Assembly: GCA_964434115.1 (NCBI GenBank)
Contig: CAYSSX010000003.1
Coordinates: 204,554-268,553 of the forward strand
From: an uncultured bacterium
GTDB taxonomy: Bacteria > Omnitrophota > Omnitrophia > Omnitrophales > Aquincolibacteriaceae
DNA length: 64,000 nucleotides
Direction: 5' to 3'
A model generated the notes under the pieces. The model saw only the letters and a program-made list of their open reading frames with translations. It was not told the DNA's origin and made no database searches. Positions 27,294 through 34,637 of the stretch are shown here, piece after piece; the first letter of the stretch is position 1; each line of letters begins with the position of its first letter. The position numbers and the translations under genes are program-made.

Positions 27294-27707
27294 ATGACCG
27301 ATGCAAAAACAACCGTATCGTTTTTACGTTCCAAAGTCCGCCGTTTCATCAACGAGAGGGATTGGGAGCAGTTTCATTCCCCCAAAAATGTCGCGATGTC
27401 GATTGCTATTGAGGCCGCTGAACTGATGGAGCATTTTCAGTGGACCTACTCCAAAAAACTTGAAGCCGGAAAAGCTGCGGAACTGAACCGGATTGAAGAG
27501 GAGGTTGCGGACATTGCCATGTACGTTTTTGACCTCTGCAATGTGCTTGGAATTGATCTCTCTACCGCCATTGAGCGTAAGCTGGTGCATAACCGTAAAA
27601 AATATCCAGCCGCGCAAGTCAGAGGGAAATCCCACAAATACACTTACTACCAATCCCGCGAGTCAGGGAAGGTAAAAACTGCCGCCCCCAAGAAAAAAAA
27701 GAAGTAG
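27294..27707 (+). CDS. MazG-like nucleoside-triphosphate pyrophosphohydrolase (small all-alpha NTP-PPase) with a Lys-rich tail
   Basis: 'FHSPKNVAMSIAIEAAELMEHFQW' and 'EEVADIAMYVFDL' are the MazG/dCTPase-like EExxE/D metal motifs. It is preceded by an AAAGGAAAC SD. Confidence 0.75.
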   Translation: MTDAKTTVSFLRSKVRRFINERDWEQFHSPKNVAMSIAIEAAELMEHFQWTYSKKLEAGKAAELNRIEEEVADIAMYVFDLCNVLGIDLSTAIERKLVHNRKKYPAAQVRGKSHKYTYYQSRESGKVKTAAPKKKKK

Positions 27708-27846
27708 CCGAAGAGCAGAAATCCTAAGTTTCTCGGGTTTTTCGGGCCTTTAACTCGTCTTGGACAGGGCTTAGGAAGCCATGCTATGATACCCGCCCTC
27801 AACGGGTAGGGTCATGTTTTAAAGTAACATTTTATAAGGAGTTTTT

Positions 27847-28470
27847 ATGGCATTAGAAGTGGATACTCAAAGTGATGTGCTGCGCCAGAAAACGCTGGAA
27901 ACAGCCAAGCGGCATAAGGCTTCATGGATTGAGTTAGGCCAGTATCTTTTCAGCATTCACAAGGACAAGCTTTACAAAGCCTGGAGCTTCTTGAGCTTTG
28001 AGACGTATTGTGTCAAAGAGCTTGGGATGAAACAGATGACCGCAACGAAGCTCCTGAAGTCTTATTATTTTCTCGAAAGGGAAGAACCCCGTCTTGCGGA
28101 TCCCGGGCTTATTGAGAATTCCGATGTGGCTGCGAAAGTGCCTAATTTTGAATCCGTCAATCTTCTGCGTCTGGTGAAAGAAAATGAAAAGCTTCCCCCC
28201 CAGGATTATGCGAAAGTCCGTGAAGCCGTCATAGAGAAAGCCAGCGAACCCAAAGAAGTCCGCGCGCAGGTCAAAAAACTTCTATCGGCCCATGAAAATA
28301 AAGATGCGGGTGAGATCCGCCAGGAAAGACGCAATGCCGCGATCAAGCGCGTGATCAGCGTGATTTCGGGGGCCAAACGCGAACTGGAACACGAAAAGCT
28401 TTTGCCCGAGTATCTTATCAAGCAAATGAACGAATTGGTGTCGAAGCTGCAAGATCAAATCGAAGCCTAA
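27847..28470 (+). CDS. hypothetical protein, 207 aa, with a possible HTH-like segment and a Lys/Glu-rich helical C-terminus
   Basis: It has an AAGGAG SD. The segment 'SFETYCVKELGMKQMTATKLLKSY' looks HTH-like. I do not recognise the family. Confidence 0.5.
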   Translation: MALEVDTQSDVLRQKTLETAKRHKASWIELGQYLFSIHKDKLYKAWSFLSFETYCVKELGMKQMTATKLLKSYYFLEREEPRLADPGLIENSDVAAKVPNFESVNLLRLVKENEKLPPQDYAKVREAVIEKASEPKEVRAQVKKLLSAHENKDAGEIRQERRNAAIKRVISVISGAKRELEHEKLLPEYLIKQMNELVSKLQDQIEA

Positions 28471-28521
28471 ATACAAGGCTGAACTTGCCGGAACCCGATA
28501 TTTTGAGGCATAATTGTTTCT

Positions 28522-29325
28522 ATGAGCCACAAAATACTAATCATTGATGATGAGCCTGATGCGCTGAATCTTCTTGAGACACGTCTTAAGGCGAATGACT
28601 TTCAGGTCATGACCGCCCTTGGGCCTCAGGAGGGGTTAGCCCGGCTTCGGGAAACAGTCCCCGACCTCATTATTCTGGATGTGCTCATGCCCAAAATGAC
28701 CGGGTATGATTTTGTCCGTGAAATCAAAGGAATGCCTGAAAATTACCGCAAAATCCCAGTTATTGTGACCTCCGCAAGAAAAGGAATGAAAGAGTTCTTC
28801 AACGCCTGGGAAATTCATAGTTTCATCGCGAAGCCTTATGATTCCGAAGAGCTTATGAACAGGATCCGCAGCGCTCTTCAGATCAAATCCTCTGACCTGC
28901 CGAACTCCCCGGAAACACCTGCAAGTTCTTCCTCCCCAGCTTTACGGGGCAAATCCGGATGTGTTTTAATTCTGGGGATCGACGACTATCTGGTGGGGAA
29001 ATTAAAAGACCTTTTTCTTAAACTCAACTATCAGGTTGAAACGGCCACGGACGAAGAGGATGCCGTCCAGCAAGCGGTGACGCTCCGCCCTAAGCTGATG
29101 ATGGGTCAATACTGGGAAGATCCGTTGACGCTGGACATCAAAAAAGTTCAAAAGAAAATCCATTCCGATCCCGCGACGCAGTCGGTTCGGTTTGTTGCTT
29201 TTTCTCCTGCAGGGCTCGGTGTCGACGCTATGAAAATGCTCGAGAAAACCGAAGTGCTTACCTATAGTAAAAGCGAAGAACTGATGACAAAAGTTACGGA
29301 TTATTTGAAAGCCAACCCGCTTTAA
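28522..29325 (+). CDS. tandem-receiver protein: one canonical REC domain plus a C-terminal pseudo-receiver lacking the phospho-acceptor Asp
   Basis: REC1 has 'ILIIDDEPD', 'LIILDVLMP', 'VIVTSA' and 'FIAKP'. REC2 has 'VLILGIDDY' but carries 'KLMMGQYW' at the acceptor position. Confidence 0.75.
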   Translation: MSHKILIIDDEPDALNLLETRLKANDFQVMTALGPQEGLARLRETVPDLIILDVLMPKMTGYDFVREIKGMPENYRKIPVIVTSARKGMKEFFNAWEIHSFIAKPYDSEELMNRIRSALQIKSSDLPNSPETPASSSSPALRGKSGCVLILGIDDYLVGKLKDLFLKLNYQVETATDEEDAVQQAVTLRPKLMMGQYWEDPLTLDIKKVQKKIHSDPATQSVRFVAFSPAGLGVDAMKMLEKTEVLTYSKSEELMTKVTDYLKANPL

Positions 29326-29347
29326 ACCAGCCTTTGCCGGAGTTTGA

Positions 29348-29758
29348 ATGGCCGTACCCGCCCCAAAAGCCAATGCCATGCTCATCTGTGATTATGTGAT
29401 TACAGAGCAAGGAACAAAGAAAAAAAGCCTGATCGGCGTTTTTGAAAATATCGGGGCTGCCACTTTTCCCTTTGTCCATTCGATTCTTTCTGTTTACGTT
29501 AAGCTGACCGATGCGCGCGGGGATTATAAATTCCGGCTTGAACTTGTTCAGCTCAAATCAGAAACACTTATCGGCCGGGGTGAGATCCCAACGGTTGTCA
29601 CGATCCCCACTCCCCTGATGAGTCATGAGCTCGTTTTTAATCTCCGGGGCATTCGATTTCCAGAAGCGGGGGATTACGAATTCCGGATTTATGCCAATGA
29701 CCGTATTTTCGGACAAAAGACATTTGTGGTAAGCTTGATGGATCCAAAGAATTTTTAA
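29348..29758 (+). CDS. hypothetical protein, 136 aa, probably beta-rich, cytoplasmic
   Basis: The ORF follows the tandem-receiver gene 22 nt downstream. No family recognised. Confidence 0.45.
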   Translation: MAVPAPKANAMLICDYVITEQGTKKKSLIGVFENIGAATFPFVHSILSVYVKLTDARGDYKFRLELVQLKSETLIGRGEIPTVVTIPTPLMSHELVFNLRGIRFPEAGDYEFRIYANDRIFGQKTFVVSLMDPKNF

Positions 29759-29793
29759 AAGAAGCTGTAGAATTGCTGCAAAAAGGAGAAAAT

Positions 29794-29916
29794 ATGAAAC
29801 CTGCGCTTATTACACTTGCGATTTCCGTTGCGCTGATGTTTGTCGCCGGGATTATTTACTCCAAGGCCACTGAACAGCATGCTGCAAAAATGGGAATTCA
29901 TTCCGCCGCCAAATAG
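29794..29916 (+). CDS. small single-TM membrane protein, 40 aa
   Basis: AAAAGGAGAA SD 5 nt before the ATG. The protein is MKPALITLAISVALMFVAGIIYSKATEQHAAKMGIHSAAK. It is not in the ORF track. Confidence 0.4.
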   Translation: MKPALITLAISVALMFVAGIIYSKATEQHAAKMGIHSAAK

Positions 29917-29924
29917 AGAAAAAT

Positions 29925-30272
29925 GTGGCTGAGAGCAGCGACAGTGATTCCCGGTTGGGGATGTTTCAATGCAGGCGCTGCAATGCCTGCTGCCGTCAGC
30001 CCGGTTTTGTTTATCTGAAGCCGGGAGAAGCTGAACGGCTTGCGGCTTTTTTACAACTGAACATTTATGATTTTACAGAGCAGCACTGCGACCTTCTGGA
30101 AAGACGTGAACTTGTTCTTAAAAAGCGCTCCGATGAAGCCTGCATCTTTTTATCCGGGCAAGGCTGCAAGGTCCACGAAGTAAAGCCGCAGCAATGCCGG
30201 AATTTTCCTGTCCAATGGAGAACCCCCCGAAGTTTTGATTATTGTGAAGGTTTGAAAGAGCTTTTCCCTTAA
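29925..30272 (+). CDS. YkgJ-family cysteine-cluster protein (CxxCxxCC, putative Fe–S or Zn binding)
   Basis: 'FQCRRCNACCRQPGF' plus a distal 'GQGCKVHEVKPQQCRNFP'. The true start may be the internal Met at 29961. Confidence 0.7.
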   Translation: MAESSDSDSRLGMFQCRRCNACCRQPGFVYLKPGEAERLAAFLQLNIYDFTEQHCDLLERRELVLKKRSDEACIFLSGQGCKVHEVKPQQCRNFPVQWRTPRSFDYCEGLKELFP

Positions 30273-30305
30273 AATTTCCCGTGTAATTTAAAGTAAGGAG
30301 ATCTT

Positions 30306-30890
30306 ATGGCGGTAACTCCCTCCACCATGCAGGCGCTTGGAACCCCGGCACCTGATTTTGAACTTCCGGATGTTTCCTCCGGAAAAGTGATCCGCTTAGC
30401 CGGCTTTCGTTCGAAGAAGGCGCTTCTCGTGATGTTTCTGTGCCAGCATTGTCCTTATGTGAAGCATATTGAGCAGGAGATTGCGAAGCTGGCGCGCGAT
30501 TATCAGACCCGTGATCTGGCCCTTGTCGCAATCAGCTCCAATGATGCCGAACACTATCCTGAGGACGCGCCCGCCAAGCTTGCCGAGATGTCAAACAGAC
30601 TCGGGTTTCATTTTCCTTTTTGCTACGATGAAACTCAGGAAACCGCAAAAATCTATGGGGCTGCATGCACTCCGGATTTTTTTCTTTATGACAAAGGCCA
30701 GCGCCTTGTCTATCGCGGGCAGTTTGACGCAAGCCGTCCTGGAAACGCGGAACCTGTGACCGGGAAGGATCTTCGGGCCGCAATTGACTTGGTTCTAAGC
30801 GGACAAAACCCGCCGGTGGAACAACGGCCCAGCATGGGCTGCAATATCAAATGGAAACCGGGAAAAGAACCGGCCTATTTTCGAAAATAA
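30306..30890 (+). CDS. thioredoxin-fold thiol-disulfide oxidoreductase / peroxiredoxin-like protein
   Basis: The CxxC-type motif 'FLCQHCPYV' sits in an AhpC/TSA-like fold. Confidence 0.65.
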   Translation: MAVTPSTMQALGTPAPDFELPDVSSGKVIRLAGFRSKKALLVMFLCQHCPYVKHIEQEIAKLARDYQTRDLALVAISSNDAEHYPEDAPAKLAEMSNRLGFHFPFCYDETQETAKIYGAACTPDFFLYDKGQRLVYRGQFDASRPGNAEPVTGKDLRAAIDLVLSGQNPPVEQRPSMGCNIKWKPGKEPAYFRK

Positions 30891-30899
30891 GAGGCGAGT

Positions 30900-31646
30900 T
30901 TGTTTATCGGAATTGACGGATGCCGCGGCGGCTGGATAGCCGTGATCCGCGAAATGAAAAAGTTCGAATCCTCCCTGTTTGCGGCCAGTCTTGAAGAACT
31001 CCGTTTTCTGATTCAAAAAGCTGCCGCGGTTTTTATTGATATACCTATCGGGCTTCAGGAGAACCCCTCTCGTGAAGCCCCGTGGAGATTCTGCGATTAC
31101 GAGGCCCAAAAAATCCTTTCATCGAAAAGCAGCCGTGTTTTTCTTATTCCGGGAAGGTCTTCTGTGGAAGCTCCTGATTATCAGGAGGCCTGCCGCAGGC
31201 ATGAAATGAAAACCGGAAAGCGTTTTTCCAAACAGGCCTGGGGGCTGTTTGGAAAGGTCCTTGAGACGGATCGTTTTTTGAGGACGTCAGTGAATCTCCG
31301 GAAAAAGTTTTTTGAGAGTCATCCCGAAATTTGTTTGCATGCGCTCAATAAGCAGCAGGTTGTGAAAGCTTCCAAAAAAGACGAAGCCGGGCAAAGAGAA
31401 AGGATCTTTATCTTAAGCCTGTTTGACAAGTCCGCGGCGCCCTTTTATTCACGGCAGGCAAAGAGCGCCAAACAAGAGTATATCCGGGGCGGTGACATTC
31501 TGGACGCCATGGTGCTGGCGCTATCGGCTGAGCTTTCTCAGGGGGCCGGGCGGCTTGGGCAACTGCCGACAAAACCACCCAGAGACCGTTACGGGCATCC
31601 TATGCGTATCGTGTTCCCGAAACTCCACAACAGGCGGCAAAAATGA
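30900..31646 (+). CDS. DUF429-family protein (predicted RNase-H-like fold)
   Basis: The N-terminal 'FIGIDGCRGGWIAV' is the DUF429 signature. Confidence 0.7.
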   Translation: MFIGIDGCRGGWIAVIREMKKFESSLFAASLEELRFLIQKAAAVFIDIPIGLQENPSREAPWRFCDYEAQKILSSKSSRVFLIPGRSSVEAPDYQEACRRHEMKTGKRFSKQAWGLFGKVLETDRFLRTSVNLRKKFFESHPEICLHALNKQQVVKASKKDEAGQRERIFILSLFDKSAAPFYSRQAKSAKQEYIRGGDILDAMVLALSAELSQGAGRLGQLPTKPPRDRYGHPMRIVFPKLHNRRQK

Positions 31647-32101
31647 AGATTGTTTTCCGTTTGCTTTGGATCAAAAAGGGGACACCTCTGCGGCGGGGTT
31701 TTAAAACCACCGAAACGCTGGCCCTTTTTGAAGACTATATTTCGAGGATCAAGCGTTTTGTTCCTTGTGAAGCCGAAGGGCGGCCCGGACCTGAAGAATC
31801 CTTTGGCGGCGGGCGTGTGGTCTGGTGGTGCGACCGGGGGCCCAAAGCCAAGGTTCTTTCTTCAGAAGACTTGGCAAAGGCGGTAGACAAAGCGGCTCAG
31901 GGAGCTATCCGGGAGCTGCATCTTTTTATCGGAAGCGCGGATGGCTTTACCCCGGAGGAAGAACGCTTGTTCCCGCCCGCCATGCGCTGGAGTTTTGGAT
32001 CGCTCACGCTTCCGCATGAGCTTGCCGCCGTGGTGTCGTCGGAACAGATTTACAGGGCCTGGTCGATTCTCAAAAAACTCCCCTATCATGGCGGACATTG
32101 A
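31643..32101 (+). CDS. rlmH: 23S rRNA (pseudouridine1915-N3)-methyltransferase
   Basis: 'LFIGSADGF' and 'LTLPHELAAVVSSEQIYRAWSILKKLPYH' are the SPOUT RlmH motifs. An ATGA overlap couples it to the DUF429 gene. Confidence 0.8.
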   Translation: MKIVFRLLWIKKGTPLRRGFKTTETLALFEDYISRIKRFVPCEAEGRPGPEESFGGGRVVWWCDRGPKAKVLSSEDLAKAVDKAAQGAIRELHLFIGSADGFTPEEERLFPPAMRWSFGSLTLPHELAAVVSSEQIYRAWSILKKLPYHGGH

Positions 32102-32149
32102 AAAATTCCGGGTAGAAAAACGGATGGTTTCCGAAGGACTGTTGAAAAT

Positions 32150-32623
32150 ATGAAAATATACCTTATGCGTCATGGCCAGGCAGATCCAGGAATGTCGAGC
32201 GGGCGTTATGGCTTAACGTCCCGCGGGCAGGAGGATGTTCGGGCGGTTGCTTCGAAACTCAAACGTGACGGGGTTTCTCCTCATCAGCTTTGGCATAGCG
32301 GCAAAACACGGGCAGAAGAAACGGCTGAAATTGTATGGCAGGTTTTAGGAAGCTCTTTTTCCTGCGAAAAAAAGGCGGGCCTTCTGCCCGAGGATTCCGC
32401 ACAAGCCGCGGCTGAAATGATTCAAGAATGGTTTCTTGAGCATCGAGATCAAAACCTGATGATCGTAAGTCATTTGCCTTTTTTGCCTGCACTCGTAGCT
32501 GTTTTTTTGGGCGACACCTTTTCGTATTCAGGGTTTTCCCCGGCAGCCTGCATGGGACTCAAAAAAAGACCGGATGAAAACTGGGAATTCGACAGCTTCA
32601 TTGACCCTCTGGACCTTCCATAG
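32150..32623 (+). CDS. sixA: phosphohistidine phosphatase SixA-like (histidine phosphatase superfamily)
   Basis: 'IYLMRHGQA' (RHG motif) and 'IVSHLPFLPALVAV'. Confidence 0.7.
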   Translation: MKIYLMRHGQADPGMSSGRYGLTSRGQEDVRAVASKLKRDGVSPHQLWHSGKTRAEETAEIVWQVLGSSFSCEKKAGLLPEDSAQAAAEMIQEWFLEHRDQNLMIVSHLPFLPALVAVFLGDTFSYSGFSPAACMGLKKRPDENWEFDSFIDPLDLP

Positions 32624-32708
32624 CCGCTTTCTTAGTGCCCCTAGAAAAATTTTGGAAATAGGCAATATTTCGGTTTTAATTAACATAATTTTATATTAAA
32701 ATCATATT

Positions 32709-33386
32709 ATGACTTCAATTAAAGACTGGCCCTTATCCGAAAGACCCCGAGAAAGGATTTTCCGTGAAGGTCCGGCATCGCTTACTGACGCCGAGCTGAT
32801 AGCGCTCTTGCTCAGAAGCGGCGTGCGGGGGAAAGATGCTATTATGTTCAGCCGCGAGCTGGTCGGCCAGTACCAAGGGCTGAGAGGCCTTCTGAATGCG
32901 GATCCTGAAAAACTAAGAACTTTTGGCGGTCTGGGTCTCGCAAAGGCCGCAAGCTTGGTCGCTGTACTTGAGATTGCGAAGCGCTTTCTCCGCGAAGAAA
33001 TGACCGGAAAATGTGTCATACGGGAACCGCAGTCGGTAGTCGATTATTTGTCGGTGGCAATGCGGGACGAGAAACGAGAGCTTTTTAAGGTTCTTTATCT
33101 GGACAAAGGCAATGCGGTGATCGGGGAAGAAACGCTGTTCACCGGGACTGTTGACCAAGCGGCGGTTCACCCGCGCGAAGTGATTAAAGCCGCGCTTGAA
33201 TGGCATGCGAGCGCGCTCGTTTTTGTCCATAATCATCCCTCGGGCAGGCTGGATCCCAGCCGTGAAGACCGCGAGATGACAAGCAAGCTTCAATCTCTTT
33301 GCAAGGAGATGTCGATTCAGGTTTTGGATCACTTGATCATCGGCAGATCAGGACATTTTAGTTTTCGGGAACATGGACTCATATAA
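32709..33386 (+). CDS. radC: RadC-family JAB-domain protein (UPF0758)
   Basis: 'ERPRERI...LSDAELIALLLRSG' (HhH) plus the JAMM motif 'LVFVHNHPSGRLDPSREDREMT'. Confidence 0.85.
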   Translation: MTSIKDWPLSERPRERIFREGPASLTDAELIALLLRSGVRGKDAIMFSRELVGQYQGLRGLLNADPEKLRTFGGLGLAKAASLVAVLEIAKRFLREEMTGKCVIREPQSVVDYLSVAMRDEKRELFKVLYLDKGNAVIGEETLFTGTVDQAAVHPREVIKAALEWHASALVFVHNHPSGRLDPSREDREMTSKLQSLCKEMSIQVLDHLIIGRSGHFSFREHGLI

Positions 33387-33404
33387 AAATAACACGGGGA
33401 ATTT

Positions 33405-33782
33405 ATGAAAAAAGAAGCGTTGAACTTCGAGATTAAATTTTATGAAAAACTGGTTCGCGGAAAACGTGATTTTGTAGATGCGCTTATTCCCTTGGCCGAG
33501 GCCTACACGAAAAAAGGCTTATACACCAAGGGCCTCCGCATTGACCGCCGCCTCTCAAGGCTGCTTAAAGAGGATGATGTTGTTCATTACAATCTTGCCT
33601 GCAGCTTCGCGCTTGTGGGGCAGGAAAAAAAAGCACTGACAGCTCTCAAAAAAGCGATTCGTCTTGGTTATGATGATTTCCGGCACATGAAACGGGATCC
33701 TGATTTGAAAATTCTCCATAAAAATCCAGAGTTTTTGAAAATGCTCAAACCGGTTAAAGCCAGGAAAAGAAAAGCCTCATGA
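33405..33782 (+). CDS. TPR-like repeat protein, 125 aa
   Basis: Two to three TPR-like helical hairpins ('YNLACSFALVGQEKKALTALKKAIRLGYDD'). Confidence 0.45.
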   Translation: MKKEALNFEIKFYEKLVRGKRDFVDALIPLAEAYTKKGLYTKGLRIDRRLSRLLKEDDVVHYNLACSFALVGQEKKALTALKKAIRLGYDDFRHMKRDPDLKILHKNPEFLKMLKPVKARKRKAS

Positions 33783-34348
33783 GAAGCCTGTTTTTTAGGG
33801 CGTTATGGATTCTGGGGTTAATGGCCGGTGTCGGATCCCCGGCTTGGGCCGAAGTTGTCAGCCATGTCGTGGATGGCGATACGGTTATTCTGGAAAACCA
33901 TCAGCGCGTGCGATTCATTGGTATCGACGCACCGGAAGTGGATCACCCCCGCTATAACCGGGTGGGGGAACCTTTCGGAGAAGCGGCTAAGACCTATCTT
34001 AAGTCGCGGATTGAAGGACAAGAGGTTCGTCTCGAACCGGGGCCTGAAGCTTTTGACAAGTACGGAAGGCGGCTCGCTTATGTTTATTTGGGGGATGAGT
34101 GCCTGAATGCGACGCTTCTCCGGGAAGGCTACGCGGAGGCGATCCGGAAACTGCCGTATGACCGGAAATCCCAGTTTTTAGAACTTGAGGCGGAGGCAAA
34201 GGTCCAGAACCGGGGGATTTGGTCAGCGGAATCCCCGCAAGCTCCTCAAAGCCAATCCCATTTTGGCTGGGGAGAGGGCGCGGTTCTTTCCATTTCCGGG
34301 GCCGCCATTTTCATGGTCTTTATTCTGCTGCAGCGCCGGCCCGGCTGA
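33779..34348 (+). CDS. thermonuclease (staphylococcal-nuclease homolog), secreted with a C-terminal membrane anchor
   Basis: Signal peptide 'LWILGLMAGVGSPAWAE'. SNase motifs 'VVDGDTV', 'VRFIGIDAPE' and 'YGRRLAYVY'. The C-terminal TM helix is 'AVLSISGAAIFMVFILL'. Confidence 0.8.
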   Translation: MRSLFFRALWILGLMAGVGSPAWAEVVSHVVDGDTVILENHQRVRFIGIDAPEVDHPRYNRVGEPFGEAAKTYLKSRIEGQEVRLEPGPEAFDKYGRRLAYVYLGDECLNATLLREGYAEAIRKLPYDRKSQFLELEAEAKVQNRGIWSAESPQAPQSQSHFGWGEGAVLSISGAAIFMVFILLQRRPG

Positions 34349-34371
34349 TTCTCAACATCCTTTTGAAAGCA

Positions 34372-34399
34372 TTGATTTTGAAGCGGGTTATGTTAAAAT
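34372..34399 (+). promoter_or_regulatory. putative promoter for tRNA-Leu (TTGATT – 16 nt – TGnTAAAAT extended −10)
   Basis: Read directly; it sits about 58 nt upstream of the tRNA 5' end. Confidence 0.35.
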
Positions 34400-34457
34400 C
34401 GCCGCTCCCTGGACGTGGTCAAGTTCATTGTCCGGCAAAAGTTCTTTATCAATTTAA

Positions 34458-34544
34458 GCGGGGGTGGCGGAACTGGCAGACGCACTGGACTCAAAATCCA
34501 GCGAGCGCAAGCTCATGAGAGTTCGATTCTCTCCCTCCGCACCA
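34458..34544 (+). tRNA. tRNA-Leu (anticodon CAA), 87 nt with a long variable arm and encoded CCA
   Basis: A 7-bp acceptor stem GCGGGGG/CCTCCGC with one G·U pair. The D-arm is GCGG..AACTGGCAGA. The anticodon stem is CTGGA/TCCAG with loop CTCAAAA. The T-loop is TTCGATT. Discriminator A is followed by CCA. Confidence 0.85.
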
Positions 34545-34560
34545 GTCTCAACGATTGGTG

Positions 34561-34602
34561 CCCGCGGGAACCTTAAAAATTCCCGCGGCCCCGCGCTTTT
34601 TT
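34561..34602 (+). terminator. stem-loop plus T-run after tRNA-Leu
   Basis: CCCGCGGGAA – loop – TTCCCGCGG, then a GC-rich spacer and TTTTTT. It lies between the tRNA and leuS. Confidence 0.5.
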
Positions 34603-34637
34603 CCACGCACAACTTTTCAGCAGATCTGATCTAATTT

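Noticed and set aside
34458-34544. tRNA-Leu as an integration site of a genomic island carrying radC, DUF429 and the thermonuclease upstream
   Set aside because: No integrase, recombinase or transposase lies nearby, and I found no direct repeat of the tRNA 3' end in the window. Islands also normally insert downstream of the tRNA 3' end, where leuS lies.
34545-34637. Possible T-box riboswitch leader in front of leuS
   Set aside because: Only 93 nt are available, which is far shorter than a T-box. No specifier loop or T-box consensus (AATTAGGGTGGTACCGCG-like) is visible. The stem-loop is better explained as the tRNA-Leu terminator.
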